A DNA stretch of 64,000 bases from an uncultured delta proteobacterium (GTDB lineage Bacteria > Myxococcota_A > Polyangia > Polyangiales > B10-G4): positions 32,001-96,000 of the forward strand of contig CAVSGI010000003.1 in the NCBI GenBank assembly GCA_963727445.1. Direction: 5' to 3'. The notes beneath the pieces were generated by a model that was not told the origin of the DNA, ran no database searches, and saw only the letters and a list, made by a program, of their open reading frames with translations. The position numbers and the translations under genes were made by a program. Shown here piece by piece: positions 18,469 through 29,172 of this stretch (the stretch's first letter is position 1; every line of letters starts with the position of its first letter).

Positions 18469-19127
18469 GCAAGAAGACCGAGCATCAGCTGCGGCGCGAG
18501 GTCGCCGACGCGTCGGCCATCCTCTGGGAGCGCGGCTGGGTCGCGAACCACGACGGCAACGTCTCCGCGCTCGCCGCCCCCGGCCGCGTCGTGGCCACGC
18601 CCACGTCCTTCTCGAAGCGCCTGTGCAGCGCCGATCAGCTCATCGTCGTCGACGAGGAGCGCCGCGTGGTGCGCGGGCGCAACCGCCCCTTCAGCGAGAT
18701 CGGGCTGCACTTCCTCGTCTACCGGCTGCGCCCCGACGTGGGCGCGGTGGTGCACGCCCACGCGCCCTACACCACCGCACGCGCCTGCGCGGGCCGACCG
18801 CTGCCCTGCTTTCTACCGGAGAGCGTGGTGAGCCTCGGGCGCGAGGTGCCGCTGGTGCCCATCGCTCCGCCGGGCGCGGCGGCCGAGAAGGTGATGGGCC
18901 CGTACGTCGATCCCTACGACGTGGTCCTCCTCGAACAGCACGGCATCATCGCCTGGGGCGATGACGTCGAGCAGGCGCTCTTGCGCCTCGAGCTCGCCGA
19001 GCACCTCGCGAAGATCGCCCATCTCGCCGAGGCCCACGGCGGCGTCAAGGCGCTGCCCGACGAGATGGTCCGGACCCTCCTCGACAAGCGCACCAAGGCC
19101 GGCCTCGGGCCCGAGAGCCGCGCCTGA
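18465..19127 (+). CDS. Class II aldolase/adducin-family metal-dependent aldolase
   Basis: DGNVSAL, TPT..SK, SEIGLH..VYRLRPDVGAVVHAHAPY, LLEQHG; ATGA overlap with the BMC-P gene. Confidence 0.92.
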   Translation: MSKKTEHQLRREVADASAILWERGWVANHDGNVSALAAPGRVVATPTSFSKRLCSADQLIVVDEERRVVRGRNRPFSEIGLHFLVYRLRPDVGAVVHAHAPYTTARACAGRPLPCFLPESVVSLGREVPLVPIAPPGAAAEKVMGPYVDPYDVVLLEQHGIIAWGDDVEQALLRLELAEHLAKIAHLAEAHGGVKALPDEMVRTLLDKRTKAGLGPESRA

Positions 19128-19172
19128 ACCGGCGCGCTGGCCTCCGGCGTCCACGCGAGTAACCTCCCCAAC

Positions 19173-20110
19173 GTGGGTCACGGACACGGCCATGGGCACG
19201 GTCACGGGGAGCCTCGCGTGGCGGACGGCAGCGCGCGCTCCTCGCGCCGCCGCCTGTCCATCGTGCTGAGCCTCACCGCTGGCTTCATGGGCGTCGAGGT
19301 CGCGGTGGGCTTCTGGTCGGGCAGCCTGGCCCTGCTCGCGGACGCCGGTCACATGTTCGCCGACTCGGGCGCGCTGGCCCTCGCCCTCACGGTTTCGTTC
19401 ATCGCCGAGCGCCCGCCGGACGACGCGCGCACCTACGGCTACCGCCGGGCCGAGGTGCTGGGCGCGCTGGCGAACGCCACCGGGCTCCTGCTCATCGTGG
19501 CGATGATCGTCCACGAAGCGGTCGGCCGGCTCGCGGCCCCGCCGGAGCTTCGGGCGAACGGGCTCATCGCTACCGCGGCCGCAGGTCTCGTCGTGAACGC
19601 CATCGCCGCCGCGATCCTCTTTCGCGGCGCGCGCGGCGACCTCAACGTCAAAGCCGCGCTCTACCACGTGATCGGTGACGCCCTCGGCTCGGTCGCGGCG
19701 GTGATCGCCGGCATCCTCGTCCTCTCCCTCGATCTGACCATCGCCGACCCCATCGCGTCGCTGGTGATCGCGGCGTTGATCCTCTTCGGGGCCATTCGGC
19801 TCCTGCGCGAAACCGCCCACGTCCTGATGGAGGGCGCGCCGAGCGGCATCGACGTCGAGCACGTGCGCCGCACCATCGCCGAGACCGACGGGGTCGCAGA
19901 GGTGCACGACCTCCACGTCTGGTGCCTCTCGCCTGCGCACCCGATGGTCTCGCGCACGTCACCCTCGCGCCCGGCCATCACGGCGTCGAGGTGAGTCACC
20001 GCGTCGGGGAGCGGCTCCACGCCGAGTACGGCCTCGACCACGTCACCATCCAGCCCGAAGCCCCGCCCCCGAGCGGCCAGCTGGTCGAGCTGCGAACGCA
20101 CCCCGAGTGA
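19173..20110 (+). CDS. Cation diffusion facilitator (CzcD/ZitB-like) with His-rich N-terminus; frameshift near 19950
   Basis: GHGHGHGHGHG, SLALLADAGHMFAD, TYGYRRAEVL, ALYHVIGDALGS, VHDLHVW, HVTIQPE. Confidence 0.92.
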
Positions 20111-20117
20111 GCCGGGC

Positions 20118-21954
20118 TCACTGCACGCCGGTCATGCGCTGAAAGGTCGCGCCCCGGTCGGTGCTCTCCACGACGCGGAGGTCGGCGCCTTCCTGCGCGA
20201 CGACGAGGACGCGCCCGTTCTCTTCGGCCAGGCGCGGAACGCCGCAGAAGCCTTCGCCATCGTCGAAGCAGGCGGCGATGATCCGCGCGTCGGTCGGCGT
20301 CTCTCCGAAGGTGCGCGCCAGGACCGGATCGTTCTGTGCTTCGTTGGTCCACGCCACGATCGTGCTGCCCTCGCTCCGGACCATCCCGAAGCCCGCCGCA
20401 AGAGGCGCCACTGGCGTGGCCCCTTCGCAGGGGCCGTTTGTGCGGCAGGCGATGATTCGAGCCGCCCCTCCTGGTGGTGCACCGCGAGGGTGGCCCCGGC
20501 TTCGTCGCAGGCGAGACGCACCCGATCACGCGACGGGCGTCGCGGATTCGAAGGGGGGCGCGCCGAGCGTGAAGTCGTGACGGTGTTCGGTGACGGGCCC
20601 CGACTCCCCGACCTCCACGATCATCACCCCCGTCCCGGTGCCCAGCGCGAAGAAGGCGCCGTCCTCGCACGCCGCGATGAAGGGCGCGCCCCCTTCGAGC
20701 TCGGCGAGGTGCGTCGCCTCCCCTTCCACTCCCCGCGAGTAGAAGCGCGTCACGTTCGTCTCGTCCGTCACCGAGTAGACGACGCGGCCCGAGGGGAGCA
20801 GCAGCACGTCGTCCTCTGCGCCGACCCCTTCGAGGACGATGCGCCGCTCGGGGGCGAGCATGGAGGGAGTGGCGTCCGTCTCCGTCTCCGAGTTCCGTCT
20901 CTGCCCCCGGATCCGTCTCCGTCTCCGAGCCCGTCTCCGTCTCCTGCGGCAGCACGAACCACCGCAGCTCCGCCCCCTGCCCCTCCGCGCCCACCGCCAC
21001 CATCCACACGTCGTGGGCGGTGGCGCGCAGCGACCGGTCGATGCGTCCGCGGGGATGGCCGCTCAACCAGATGGGCTCGGTCGCGCCTTCGCCGAAGATC
21101 CACCGGGACAGGCCGGTGCTGCGTCGAGCGCAGCGATGGGGATCGGTGGGGCAGAGCTCGGGGTTCGTGGCGTGGACCAGGATCGGGTCGTCGTCCGGCC
21201 CGTCGATCATCGCCCGCACCGTGCCGGGGCGGCGGATGCGGCCGGCGCGAGAGCGACCGCCGAGGGATTGGGTGCGGCTCAGGCCGCGAGCGTCCACCGC
21301 CCGAACGCGGATGCCGTCTCCGAGCGCGCGCACGTCGATCACCGCATCGGCCGCGGTGGTGAGAGGCACCCGCGCTGGGTCCGGCAGGCCGACGGCCGAG
21401 AGAGTGATCACCTCGTCCTCGATGGGGGTGCGGGGATCGATCTCACGCGCCAGGTCCGCCAGGCTGCCCGCCACGCGCCCCACCGCCGCCAGAGGCTCGA
21501 CGGGGACCCGTCCTTCGCTGCGCCCCGAGCGACGCTCGCGGCCCAGCGTCTCCAGCGCCGCGTCGGCGAGCTCGGCCACCTGGCGCACCCGCTCCTCCGC
21601 GCCTTTGACCCCCGGGTAGAGCAGAAAGGGCTCGCCGTCGATGAGCGAGCCGAGCAGCGGGCGGCAGCGCTCCGGCCACGCTTCGTCGGCGTTCAGGTAG
21701 TGGCTCGCATAGGCCAGCCGATCCCCGGCGGGGAGCGCCAGCCCGGCTTCTCCGGTGGCTTCGCCGCCGTAGAAGCAGGCTGCGAAGCTGCCGAAAGCCC
21801 GACGGGAGTCCCGCCCGCGCATCTCGCCCCGGACGTAGGGCCAGCCGATCAACAGCGCGAACAGCGCGATGTGGAGGGCGAAGCCCACGATCCAGATCGT
21901 CTTTCGACGGGCTCGCCCGCGGACGAACTCCGGATCGTCCCAATTCGCATCCAC
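20118..21954 (-). CDS. Membrane-anchored hypothetical protein, broken by about 2 frameshifts
   Basis: N-terminal TM helix (TIWIVGFALHIALFALLIGW); coding-like pieces continue in ORFs 20526-20861 and 20118-20411, ending VVESTDRGATFQ. Confidence 0.6.
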
Positions 21955-22142
21955 CGGGGGGAATCTAGAGCACTCGTCCTTTCGTCAACACGAATGCATT
22001 ACAAAAACGTCAGGAACACAGGTGGCCCGAGAGGTGTCCACGGTTGGAGCGCGGACCGAGATGCGCTCTAGCGGCCCCGGAGACGGGACCCTATACTCCC
22101 CACTGCCTCGGAAACGCGGACAAAGGACCGAAAGCCCACCGA

Positions 22143-25100
22143 ATGCGCCGATTCGCCCTTTTGTGGAAGCCCCTCACGGCCCTGGCCGCCGTCATCGCAG
22201 CGTTCACCATCACGTTCGTCTGGCCGGAGCGAAACGGCCTGGACATCGACATCGATGGCTCACCCCGGGCCCAGGCCGCGCGAAACCGCGAGCCCTACGA
22301 CCTGACCCAGCTCGGCGGTGCTCAATCGCGCCATCCTCGAGGTGAAGGACCACTACGTCGAGCCGGAGCGGGTGCACCCGAAGCAGATGCTCCTGTCGGG
22401 CCTCGACGCGATCCAGCGCTCGGTGGCCCCGGTCCTGGTCCACTACAGGACGGCTCGCCCACCCTCGACGTGCAGGTCAACGACCAGCGCCGCGAGTATC
22501 CACGTCGACGACGTCAACAGCCCCTGGGCTCTCGCCAACCGCTTCCGCGAGATCTTCGGCTTCCTGCAGACGAACCTGCAGGAGCGAGGACATCGATCTG
22601 CGCGACGTCGAGTACGCCGCCGTCAACGGCATGCTCCGCACCCTCGATCCGCACACGGTGCTGCTGACGCCGGACGTCTACGAAGAGATGCGGATGAGCA
22701 CCCGCGGCGAGTTCGGCGGTCTCGGGATCGTCATCTCCATCCGCGACGGCCAGCTCACGATCATCCGCCCGATGGACGACACGCCGGCCTCCCGCGCGGG
22801 GCTCCACGCGGGCGACCAGATCGTGAAGATCAACGACGAGTCCACCCTGAACATGCCGCTCTCGGAGGCGGTCGACCGGCTGCGCGGCGCGCCGGGCTCG
22901 CTCGGTGGAGGTCTGGGTCGTGCGCCAGGGCCGCGGCGGCTGGACCCAGCCGCGTCGCTTCGAGCTGGTCCGCGCCGTCATCCACATCGACTCCATCGAG
23001 TCGCGGATGCTCGGCGACGGCGTCGGCTACATCGCGATCAAGAGCTTCCAGGGCAACACCTACGAGGACATGCGCCGCGCCCTCGCGCAGCTGCACCGGC
23101 AGGGCCTGCAACGGCCTGGTGCTCGATCTGCGCGACGACCCCGGCGGCCTCCTCGAGCAGGCGGTGCGCGTCTCCGACGCGTTCCTCTCGAGCGGCACCA
23201 TCGTCACCACAGCTCGCAACGACCCGGCCCAGCGCGACGAGAAGTTCGCGCGTCAGCGAAGGCACCGAGCCCGACTACCCGATGGTCGTGCTCGTCAACG
23301 GCGGCAGCGCCTCGGCCTCGGAGATCGTCGCCGGCGCCCTCAAGAACCACGACCGCGCGCTGATCGTCGGCCAGCGTACCTTCGGCAAGGGCTCGGTGCA
23401 GGTCCTCTACGACTTCCAGGACGGCTCGGCGCTCAAGCTCACCATCGCCCAGTACCTGACGCCCGGCGACGTCTCGATCCAGGGCGTGGGCATCGTCGCC
23501 CGACATCGCCATCGACCCGATGACGGTCGACCGCGAGGACATGGACCTCGCGGTCGACTCGCAATACATGCGCGAGTCCGACCTCGCGCTCGCACCTCAC
23601 CAACGACCGCGCATCCGCGAACAGGAGCAGCCCGCGACCGTCCTGCGCTACTACCTCCGCGCGAGGAGCGCCAGCGCCTGCGCGAGGCCGACCCGCGAGG
23701 ACACCGAGGAGAACGAGGAGGAGGACGAGTTCCTCCTGCGCTTCAGCCGCGAGCTCCTCTCACGCGGGCGAACGCGCGCGGGTCGCCGCGAGATGCTCGT
23801 CGACGCGCAGCCCGTGATCGAGCGCGTCCCGGTCAGGAGATGGACCACGCGGTGGCCGAGCTCCGCCGCCTCGGCGTCGACTGGAGCGTGGGCACCGACC
23901 GCGGGCCGAGCGACGTCGACGTGGAGGTCTCCACCAACCGCCCGGACGACACCGGCGAAGCGGGTGGGCCCTTCGAGATCCGCGTGCGCGTGACCAACAC
24001 GGGGCGAGCACCCGCTCTTCCAGCTCCGCGCCACGACCAAGAGCGACTACAGCCTCTTCGATGGGCGCGAGCTGGTCTTCGGCCGCCTCGATCCCGGACA
24101 GACCCGCGAGTGGTCGACCACCCTCGGCATCTGCGACACCGAGAACGGCCAGCGCTCCTGCGACCTGCCTCAGGACCTGTCGGACCGCGCCGACGGCATC
24201 CGCGTCGAGTTCCAGGAAGCACACGACCACGTGCCCGCCCCGGCGGAGCTCCGCACCCGCGTGACCGCCCTGCCCCGTCCGCAGTTCGCGTACTCGGTGC
24301 AGGTGGCGGACACCGAAGGCAACGGTGATGGCCGCGTCTGCAGCCGCGGCGAGAAGGCGACGATCTACCTGCGCGTCCGCAACGTCGGCCGCGGGCGCAG
24401 CTTCGAGACCCAGGCGAACCTCCGCAACCTCTCGGGCCGGGGCGTCCTGCTCCGCGCCGGCCGCTTCTCCCTCGAGCCCATGCAGCCGGGCGAGGAGCGC
24501 ACGGTGGAGTTCACCTTCGAGGTCCTGCCGGACTTCGACCGTGACGACGCGAAGCTCGAGGTCTCGGTCGCGGACACCGATCTGCGCGAGTACGTGACGG
24601 AGAAGATCGACGTCCCGGTGGCCGAGAGCACGCCGGCCCCGCAGGCGCGCTCCGGCCAGGTGACCCTCGCCGACGGCGCCACCATTCGCGAGCGTGCCGA
24701 CGACCACGCCGAGTTGGTGGCCCGCGTCCGCGGCGGCGGCCTCACCCTGCCGGCGCAGGCACAGAGCGATGGCTGGGTGCGCGTCGACCTGGGTGACGGG
24801 CGGCCTGGCTGGGTCGCCGACGACGCCCTCGGCAGCGGCAGCGGCGGCGCCATTCGCTGGCACGTCAATCACATGCCCCCGCGTCTCGAGGTCGAGCACG
24901 GCTCGGACCTCGTGACCCGAAGCGAGACCCTGCAGGTGAGCGGCACCGCGCGCGACGATCAGCGCGTGCGCGACCTCTACATCTTCGTGGGCTCGCGCAA
25001 GGTCTACTACCAATCGAACCGCACCTCCGACACCCCGCGCGAGGCGCGCTTCGAGACCCAGGTCGACCTGAACCCAGGCATCAACTACGTCACGGTCTTC

Positions 25101-25229
25101 GCCCGCGAGTCGGACGACGTGATCTCGCGCGACACCTTCGTCGTGCGCCGCGACGGCCCCGACGGAAGCTTGCTCGAGACGCCGCAGTACGACGACCACG
25201 CGCTGGGCGCGTTCGACGAAGAGCTCTGA
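22143..25229 (+). CDS. Large S41 (CtpA-like) carboxy-terminal protease with PDZ domain and long myxobacterial C-terminal extension; many frameshifts
   Basis: GMLRTLDPHT, GEFGGLGI (PDZ), LDLRDDPGGLL, LVNGGSASASEIVAGALK, TFGKGSVQ, LTIAQYLTP, followed by beta-rich domains. Confidence 0.88.
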
Positions 25230-25233
25230 TCCC

Positions 25234-26199
25234 TCAAAGACCGAAGGAGCTCGCGAGCGCCTCGGCGTCGGCGTTCGTCGCGTAGTCGAGGCGGGCGAGG
25301 AAGCGGCGGTAGTCCTTCATCACCCGGGTGCCGCCCATCTCGCCGCGGAGGTGGTAGTCGGTGATGCGGGTCGCGGTGAAGCGGGCCGCGGCGGCCATGA
25401 GCGACAGACGCAGGCTCGCGCGTTCGACCTCGGCCAGGGGCCGCTCGGCGGCATAGCCGGCGCACATCGCGCGGGCGAGGGGCAGCGCGAGGGCGTCGCC
25501 CCAACACCAGGCGAGGAGCGTGACGGCGAGGTCGTAGACCCGGGCGTCGTCGCTCGCGCTCTCCCAGTCGATGGCGGCGACGATGGTGTCGCCTTCCCAA
25601 CGGACGTTGTCGCGGAAGAGATCCCCATGAACGACGCCTGTCGGCAGCTCGGCGGGCAGCGCCGCGTCCACCTCGTCGAGGGCGGCGCGGGTGCGGGCGA
25701 TGGCCGGCGCGAGATCGGCCTCGCCGGCTGCCTCGGCCTGGGAGAGCCGCGCCCGCACGTCGGCGCGGGTGAAGCGGCCCTCGCGGCGCTCTGGGAAGTC
25801 GTCGGTGGCGAGATGAACCTGGGCGAGGAAGCGCCCGACCGCCTCGGCTCGCGCCGGCGTCACCCCCGCCTGACAGGACTCCACCCCCCGGGCGAGCGCG
25901 AAGACCGCCGTGGGCTTGCCCTCCACCCGCAGCTCACCCGGCCCCGGTCCCTCGACCCGCGCGGGCACGGGGAGCGCCCGCGCGCTCAGGTGCTGGAGCA
26001 GGCGCCACTCGTAGCCCACGCCGTCGCTCTCCTGCTCCTCGTAGATCCGGCAGAACCACCGCCCGCGATCGGTCTCGACGAAGAAATTGGAGTTCACGCT
26101 CCCAGCGGCAATGGGAGTGATTTCGCGGAGAACCCCCAAATCGTGGGCCTCTGCAATCCGGCGTCCATCCGCCCTCGAGAGCTGGGTGTAGACCGCCAT
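25234..26199 (-). CDS. thrB: Homoserine kinase, type II (APH-like fold)
   Basis: MAVYT, GSVNSNFF, LPTGVVHGDLFRDNV, IDW, RFTATRITDY. Confidence 0.88.
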   Translation of the reverse strand: MAVYTQLSRADGRRIAEAHDLGVLREITPIAAGSVNSNFFVETDRGRWFCRIYEEQESDGVGYEWRLLQHLSARALPVPARVEGPGPGELRVEGKPTAVFALARGVESCQAGVTPARAEAVGRFLAQVHLATDDFPERREGRFTRADVRARLSQAEAAGEADLAPAIARTRAALDEVDAALPAELPTGVVHGDLFRDNVRWEGDTIVAAIDWESASDDARVYDLAVTLLAWCWGDALALPLARAMCAGYAAERPLAEVERASLRLSLMAAAARFTATRITDYHLRGEMGGTRVMKDYRRFLARLDYATNADAEALASSFGL

Positions 26200-26283
26200 C
26201 CCGACCGGGCGTAGCACGCTTTACACCGTGGGGGCACCAGTGGTATGCGCTGGGCACAAGCTTGTAATAGCGGGGGCTTTCCA

Positions 26284-27114
26284 TTGGCAGCCAAGAAGAA
26301 AAAGCAGGCCACGAAAAAGGGCTCGGGGCGGAAGGCGACGAAGAAGTCGACCCGTAAGAGCGCCCCTCGCAAGGCCGCCAAGAAGACGCCGGCCAAGAAG
26401 TCGACCAAGAAGTCGACCAAGAAGAAGAGCGCCAAGAAGACGCCGGCCAAGAAGACGCCGGCCAAGAAGTCGACCAAGAAGGCCTCCAAGAAGAGCGCCA
26501 AGAAGTCGACCAAGAAGGCCTCCAAGAAGAGCGCCAAGAAGTCGACCAAGAAGACGCCCCAGAAGGCCTCCAAGAAGGCGGCGAAGAAGAAGACCGCCAA
26601 GAAGAAGCCCACCGCGCCGAAGACGGCGCGCGCCGCCAAGTCGCGCAAGAAGTCGGAGCGGGTCGGTGCGCCCAAGCAGCGCTTTCGCCAGCCCGTGGCT
26701 CCGAAGGACACCATCCGTCGTCCCCAGGACAGCGAAGAGCTCAAGCAGAAGCTCGGTGCCCTGCATCAGGCGACCAGCCAGATCCGCAGCCTCAAGCGCT
26801 CGCTGAACAAGAGCTTCTACGAGATCGGGCAGATCCTGCGGAAGATCGAGACCGAGCGCCTCTACGAGGTGAAGGGCTACGGCTCCTTCGAAGCCTTCGT
26901 GGACCGCGAGATCGACCTCGGCAAGCAGCTCAGCCTCAAGATCGTGCGGATCGTCCAGACGTTCATTCGAGACGCGGCCGTTGCCGCGGGCCTCGAGCGG
27001 GTGACCGCCGCCCTCGACGCCCTCGAGGACGACGGCGGCGAGAGCTCATCGTCGCAGACGCCGCCCACCACCAGCAGTGGCGGCCGTTCGCCCATCCCAT
27101 TTCACAAGCAGTGA
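26284..27114 (+). CDS. Histone-H1-like Lys/Ala/Ser-rich protein with a C-terminal DUF3102-like helical domain
   Basis: TTG start; about 120 aa of KKSTKKASKKSA/KKTPAKK repeats, then FYEIGQILRKIETERLYEVKGYGSFEAFVDREI. Confidence 0.75.
   Translation: MAAKKKKQATKKGSGRKATKKSTRKSAPRKAAKKTPAKKSTKKSTKKKSAKKTPAKKTPAKKSTKKASKKSAKKSTKKASKKSAKKSTKKTPQKASKKAAKKKTAKKKPTAPKTARAAKSRKKSERVGAPKQRFRQPVAPKDTIRRPQDSEELKQKLGALHQATSQIRSLKRSLNKSFYEIGQILRKIETERLYEVKGYGSFEAFVDREIDLGKQLSLKIVRIVQTFIRDAAVAAGLERVTAALDALEDDGGESSSSQTPPTTSSGGRSPIPFHKQ
26461..26553. repeat. Coding 36-bp tandem repeat (AKKSTKKASKKS x2 plus a partial copy)
   Basis: GCCAAGAAGTCGACCAAGAAGGCCTCCAAGAAGAGC at 26461 and 26497, partial at 26533. Confidence 0.85.
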
Positions 27115-27135
27115 GATGAGGCGTCACGGCGGAGG

Positions 27136-28449
27136 TTGGTCGGGTTGATCCCGCTCACGGTCTCCGTTCTCTGCGTCCTGGCGAACGCCTTCATGGTGTC
27201 TGCGGAGTTCGCCTTTGCGAAGGTCCGTCCGACGAGCCTCGAAGCGCTCGCGCGGGCGGGTGATCCCAAGGCGAAGCGCGCGCTCGCCATGACGCGCCGG
27301 CTGGACGCCTATCTGTCGGCGACCCAGCTCGGGATCACCCTGGCCTCCCTCGGCCTCGGCTGGCTCGGCGAGCCGGCCCTGGCGGATCTGCTCACACCGG
27401 TGTTGGCCCGCTTCGGGCTCTCCACCGCGGTCATCCACGGCATTTCGTACGCGATCGCCTTCGGCACCATCTCACTTTTTCACATCGTGCTCGGCGAGCT
27501 CGTGCCCAAGTCCATCGCGATCCAGTACCCGGAGCTGGTGGCGCGCTGGGCCGGTGGCGCCCTTCACGCCTTCTACAACCTGACCCTGCCCGCGATGTGG
27601 GTGCTGAACGGCCTGTCGAATTCGGTGCTGCGGCTGATCCGCGTGCCTCCGCCCGGACACGTGGAGGGCAAGCTGAGCCCGGACGAGATCCGGGTGATCA
27701 TCCAGTCCTCCTTCTCGGAAGGGGACGAGACCGACCGCAAGCGCGACCTGCTCGAGCGGGTGCTCCGCGGCACCGACCGACCGGTGCGTGCGGTGATGGT
27801 GCCGCGTGTGGACATGGTGGTGCTCCCCACCGACGCCGGCCCCGACGAGTGCATCGCGCTGGTCCGCAAGCACGGCTTCAGCCGCTATCCCGTTTGCGAG
27901 GACGGCGACCCCGACAACGTCGTCGGATACGTTCACGTCAAAGACCTGCTCTCGCTCTCCGGCGAACGGGTGACCGTCCTCGACAAGAAGCGCGAGGTGC
28001 TCTTCGTCCCGGAGACCGCGAAGGTCGGCGACCTCTTGAGCGAGTTCCAGCTGACCAGCACGCCCTTCGCCGTGGTCGTCGACGAGTACGGGGGCACCGA
28101 CGGCCTTGTGACGGTGGAAGACGTCGTCGAGGAGATGGTCGGCGAGATCCACGACGAGCACGACAGCGAGCGTCCTCGGATCGTGGAGCGCCAGGACGGC
28201 ACGCTCTCGGTCGACGCCAAGGTGATCATGGGCGAGCTCGATCTGCCGGATCTCGGACTCGACGAGGACACCGAGGATCAGACGGTCGGCGGTTACGTCG
28301 TCGAGCAGCTCGGGCGGCTGGCCCGCACGGGCGACGCGGTGCGCTGCGGCGCCTACGACCTCACGGTCGAGGTGGCCCGGCGCCGGCGCATTCGCCGCGT
28401 CTCCATGCGCAGGCGTCCCGACTCGCTTCCGCCAGAGGACGAAGACTGA
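27136..28449 (+). CDS. CNNM/DUF21-CBS-CorC ('hemolysin family') membrane protein
   Basis: NAFMVSAEFA, LSATQLGITLASLGLGWLGEP, GELVPKS, FSRYPV, VVDEYGGTDGLVTVEDVVEEMVGEIHDE. Confidence 0.93.
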   Translation: MVGLIPLTVSVLCVLANAFMVSAEFAFAKVRPTSLEALARAGDPKAKRALAMTRRLDAYLSATQLGITLASLGLGWLGEPALADLLTPVLARFGLSTAVIHGISYAIAFGTISLFHIVLGELVPKSIAIQYPELVARWAGGALHAFYNLTLPAMWVLNGLSNSVLRLIRVPPPGHVEGKLSPDEIRVIIQSSFSEGDETDRKRDLLERVLRGTDRPVRAVMVPRVDMVVLPTDAGPDECIALVRKHGFSRYPVCEDGDPDNVVGYVHVKDLLSLSGERVTVLDKKREVLFVPETAKVGDLLSEFQLTSTPFAVVVDEYGGTDGLVTVEDVVEEMVGEIHDEHDSERPRIVERQDGTLSVDAKVIMGELDLPDLGLDEDTEDQTVGGYVVEQLGRLARTGDAVRCGAYDLTVEVARRRRIRRVSMRRRPDSLPPEDED

Positions 28450-28456
28450 AGCGAGC

Positions 28457-29038
28457 TCAGAGGTGGGCCGCGAGCGAGGACGGAAGCGCGCCGCCGTCGT
28501 TCCGAAGGTGCCGCCAGAGCACCTCCACCAGACGCCGGCGCGCTCGGGCGTAGCCGGTGGCCTCCAGCGACGAAGCGTCGGGGAGCGCCATGGAGACGCG
28601 CTCGATGGCGTCGAATCGCAGCAGAGGCTCGACCCGCGTGCGGATCACCCGCCCCTGCTCCCAGACCACCGCCACCACGTCGACGAAGGGTCCGTAGAGC
28701 GGCCGCGAGAGAACCACCGCCCCCGTCTCGCCGTCGCCACCCATCCAGGCGGCGGGGGTCCGGAGCTCCGGGGTCATCTCCCGGTGCTGCCCATCGGCGA
28801 AGAGCACGTCGCGGATGCGCGCAGCGAGGGCGGGGTCGCTCTCCACCGAGAGCAGGGCCACCAGGGGTCCCACGGCCGATACACCCTCGGCCGCTGCGCC
28901 TTCCCGCACCGCGTCGATGAACGCGGCCCGCGCTTGCTCGGGCGCCCGGCCGTAGGTCGCCGCGAGGGCGAGCGCCGCCTCCGCGTCATCCACAGCCGCC
29001 GCCACCAAGGCGTCGAAGGGCTCCCCTGCGCGATTCAC
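28457..29038 (-). CDS. Hypothetical protein
   Basis: 193-aa ORF with normal high-GC codon usage filling the gap; no recognisable motif. Confidence 0.6.
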   Translation of the reverse strand: MNRAGEPFDALVAAAVDDAEAALALAATYGRAPEQARAAFIDAVREGAAAEGVSAVGPLVALLSVESDPALAARIRDVLFADGQHREMTPELRTPAAWMGGDGETGAVVLSRPLYGPFVDVVAVVWEQGRVIRTRVEPLLRFDAIERVSMALPDASSLEATGYARARRRLVEVLWRHLRNDGGALPSSLAAHL

Positions 29039-29087
29039 GGGCTTTTTCTAGCGTGGGGTGAAGCGCACAACCAATGATTCGTGACCC

Positions 29088-29115
29088 TTGACGCCCCCTT
29101 CGCCTCGTGTGTAAT
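29088..29115 (+). promoter_or_regulatory. Possible sigma70 promoter for the sigma-factor gene
   Basis: TTGACG-16 bp-TGTAAT about 60 bp upstream of GTG 29173. Confidence 0.35.
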
Positions 29116-29172
29116 CGAGACCGAAGATGGACGCCGGCTGGATGTGGCGGCGAGAACTCGAGTAATTCCGCG

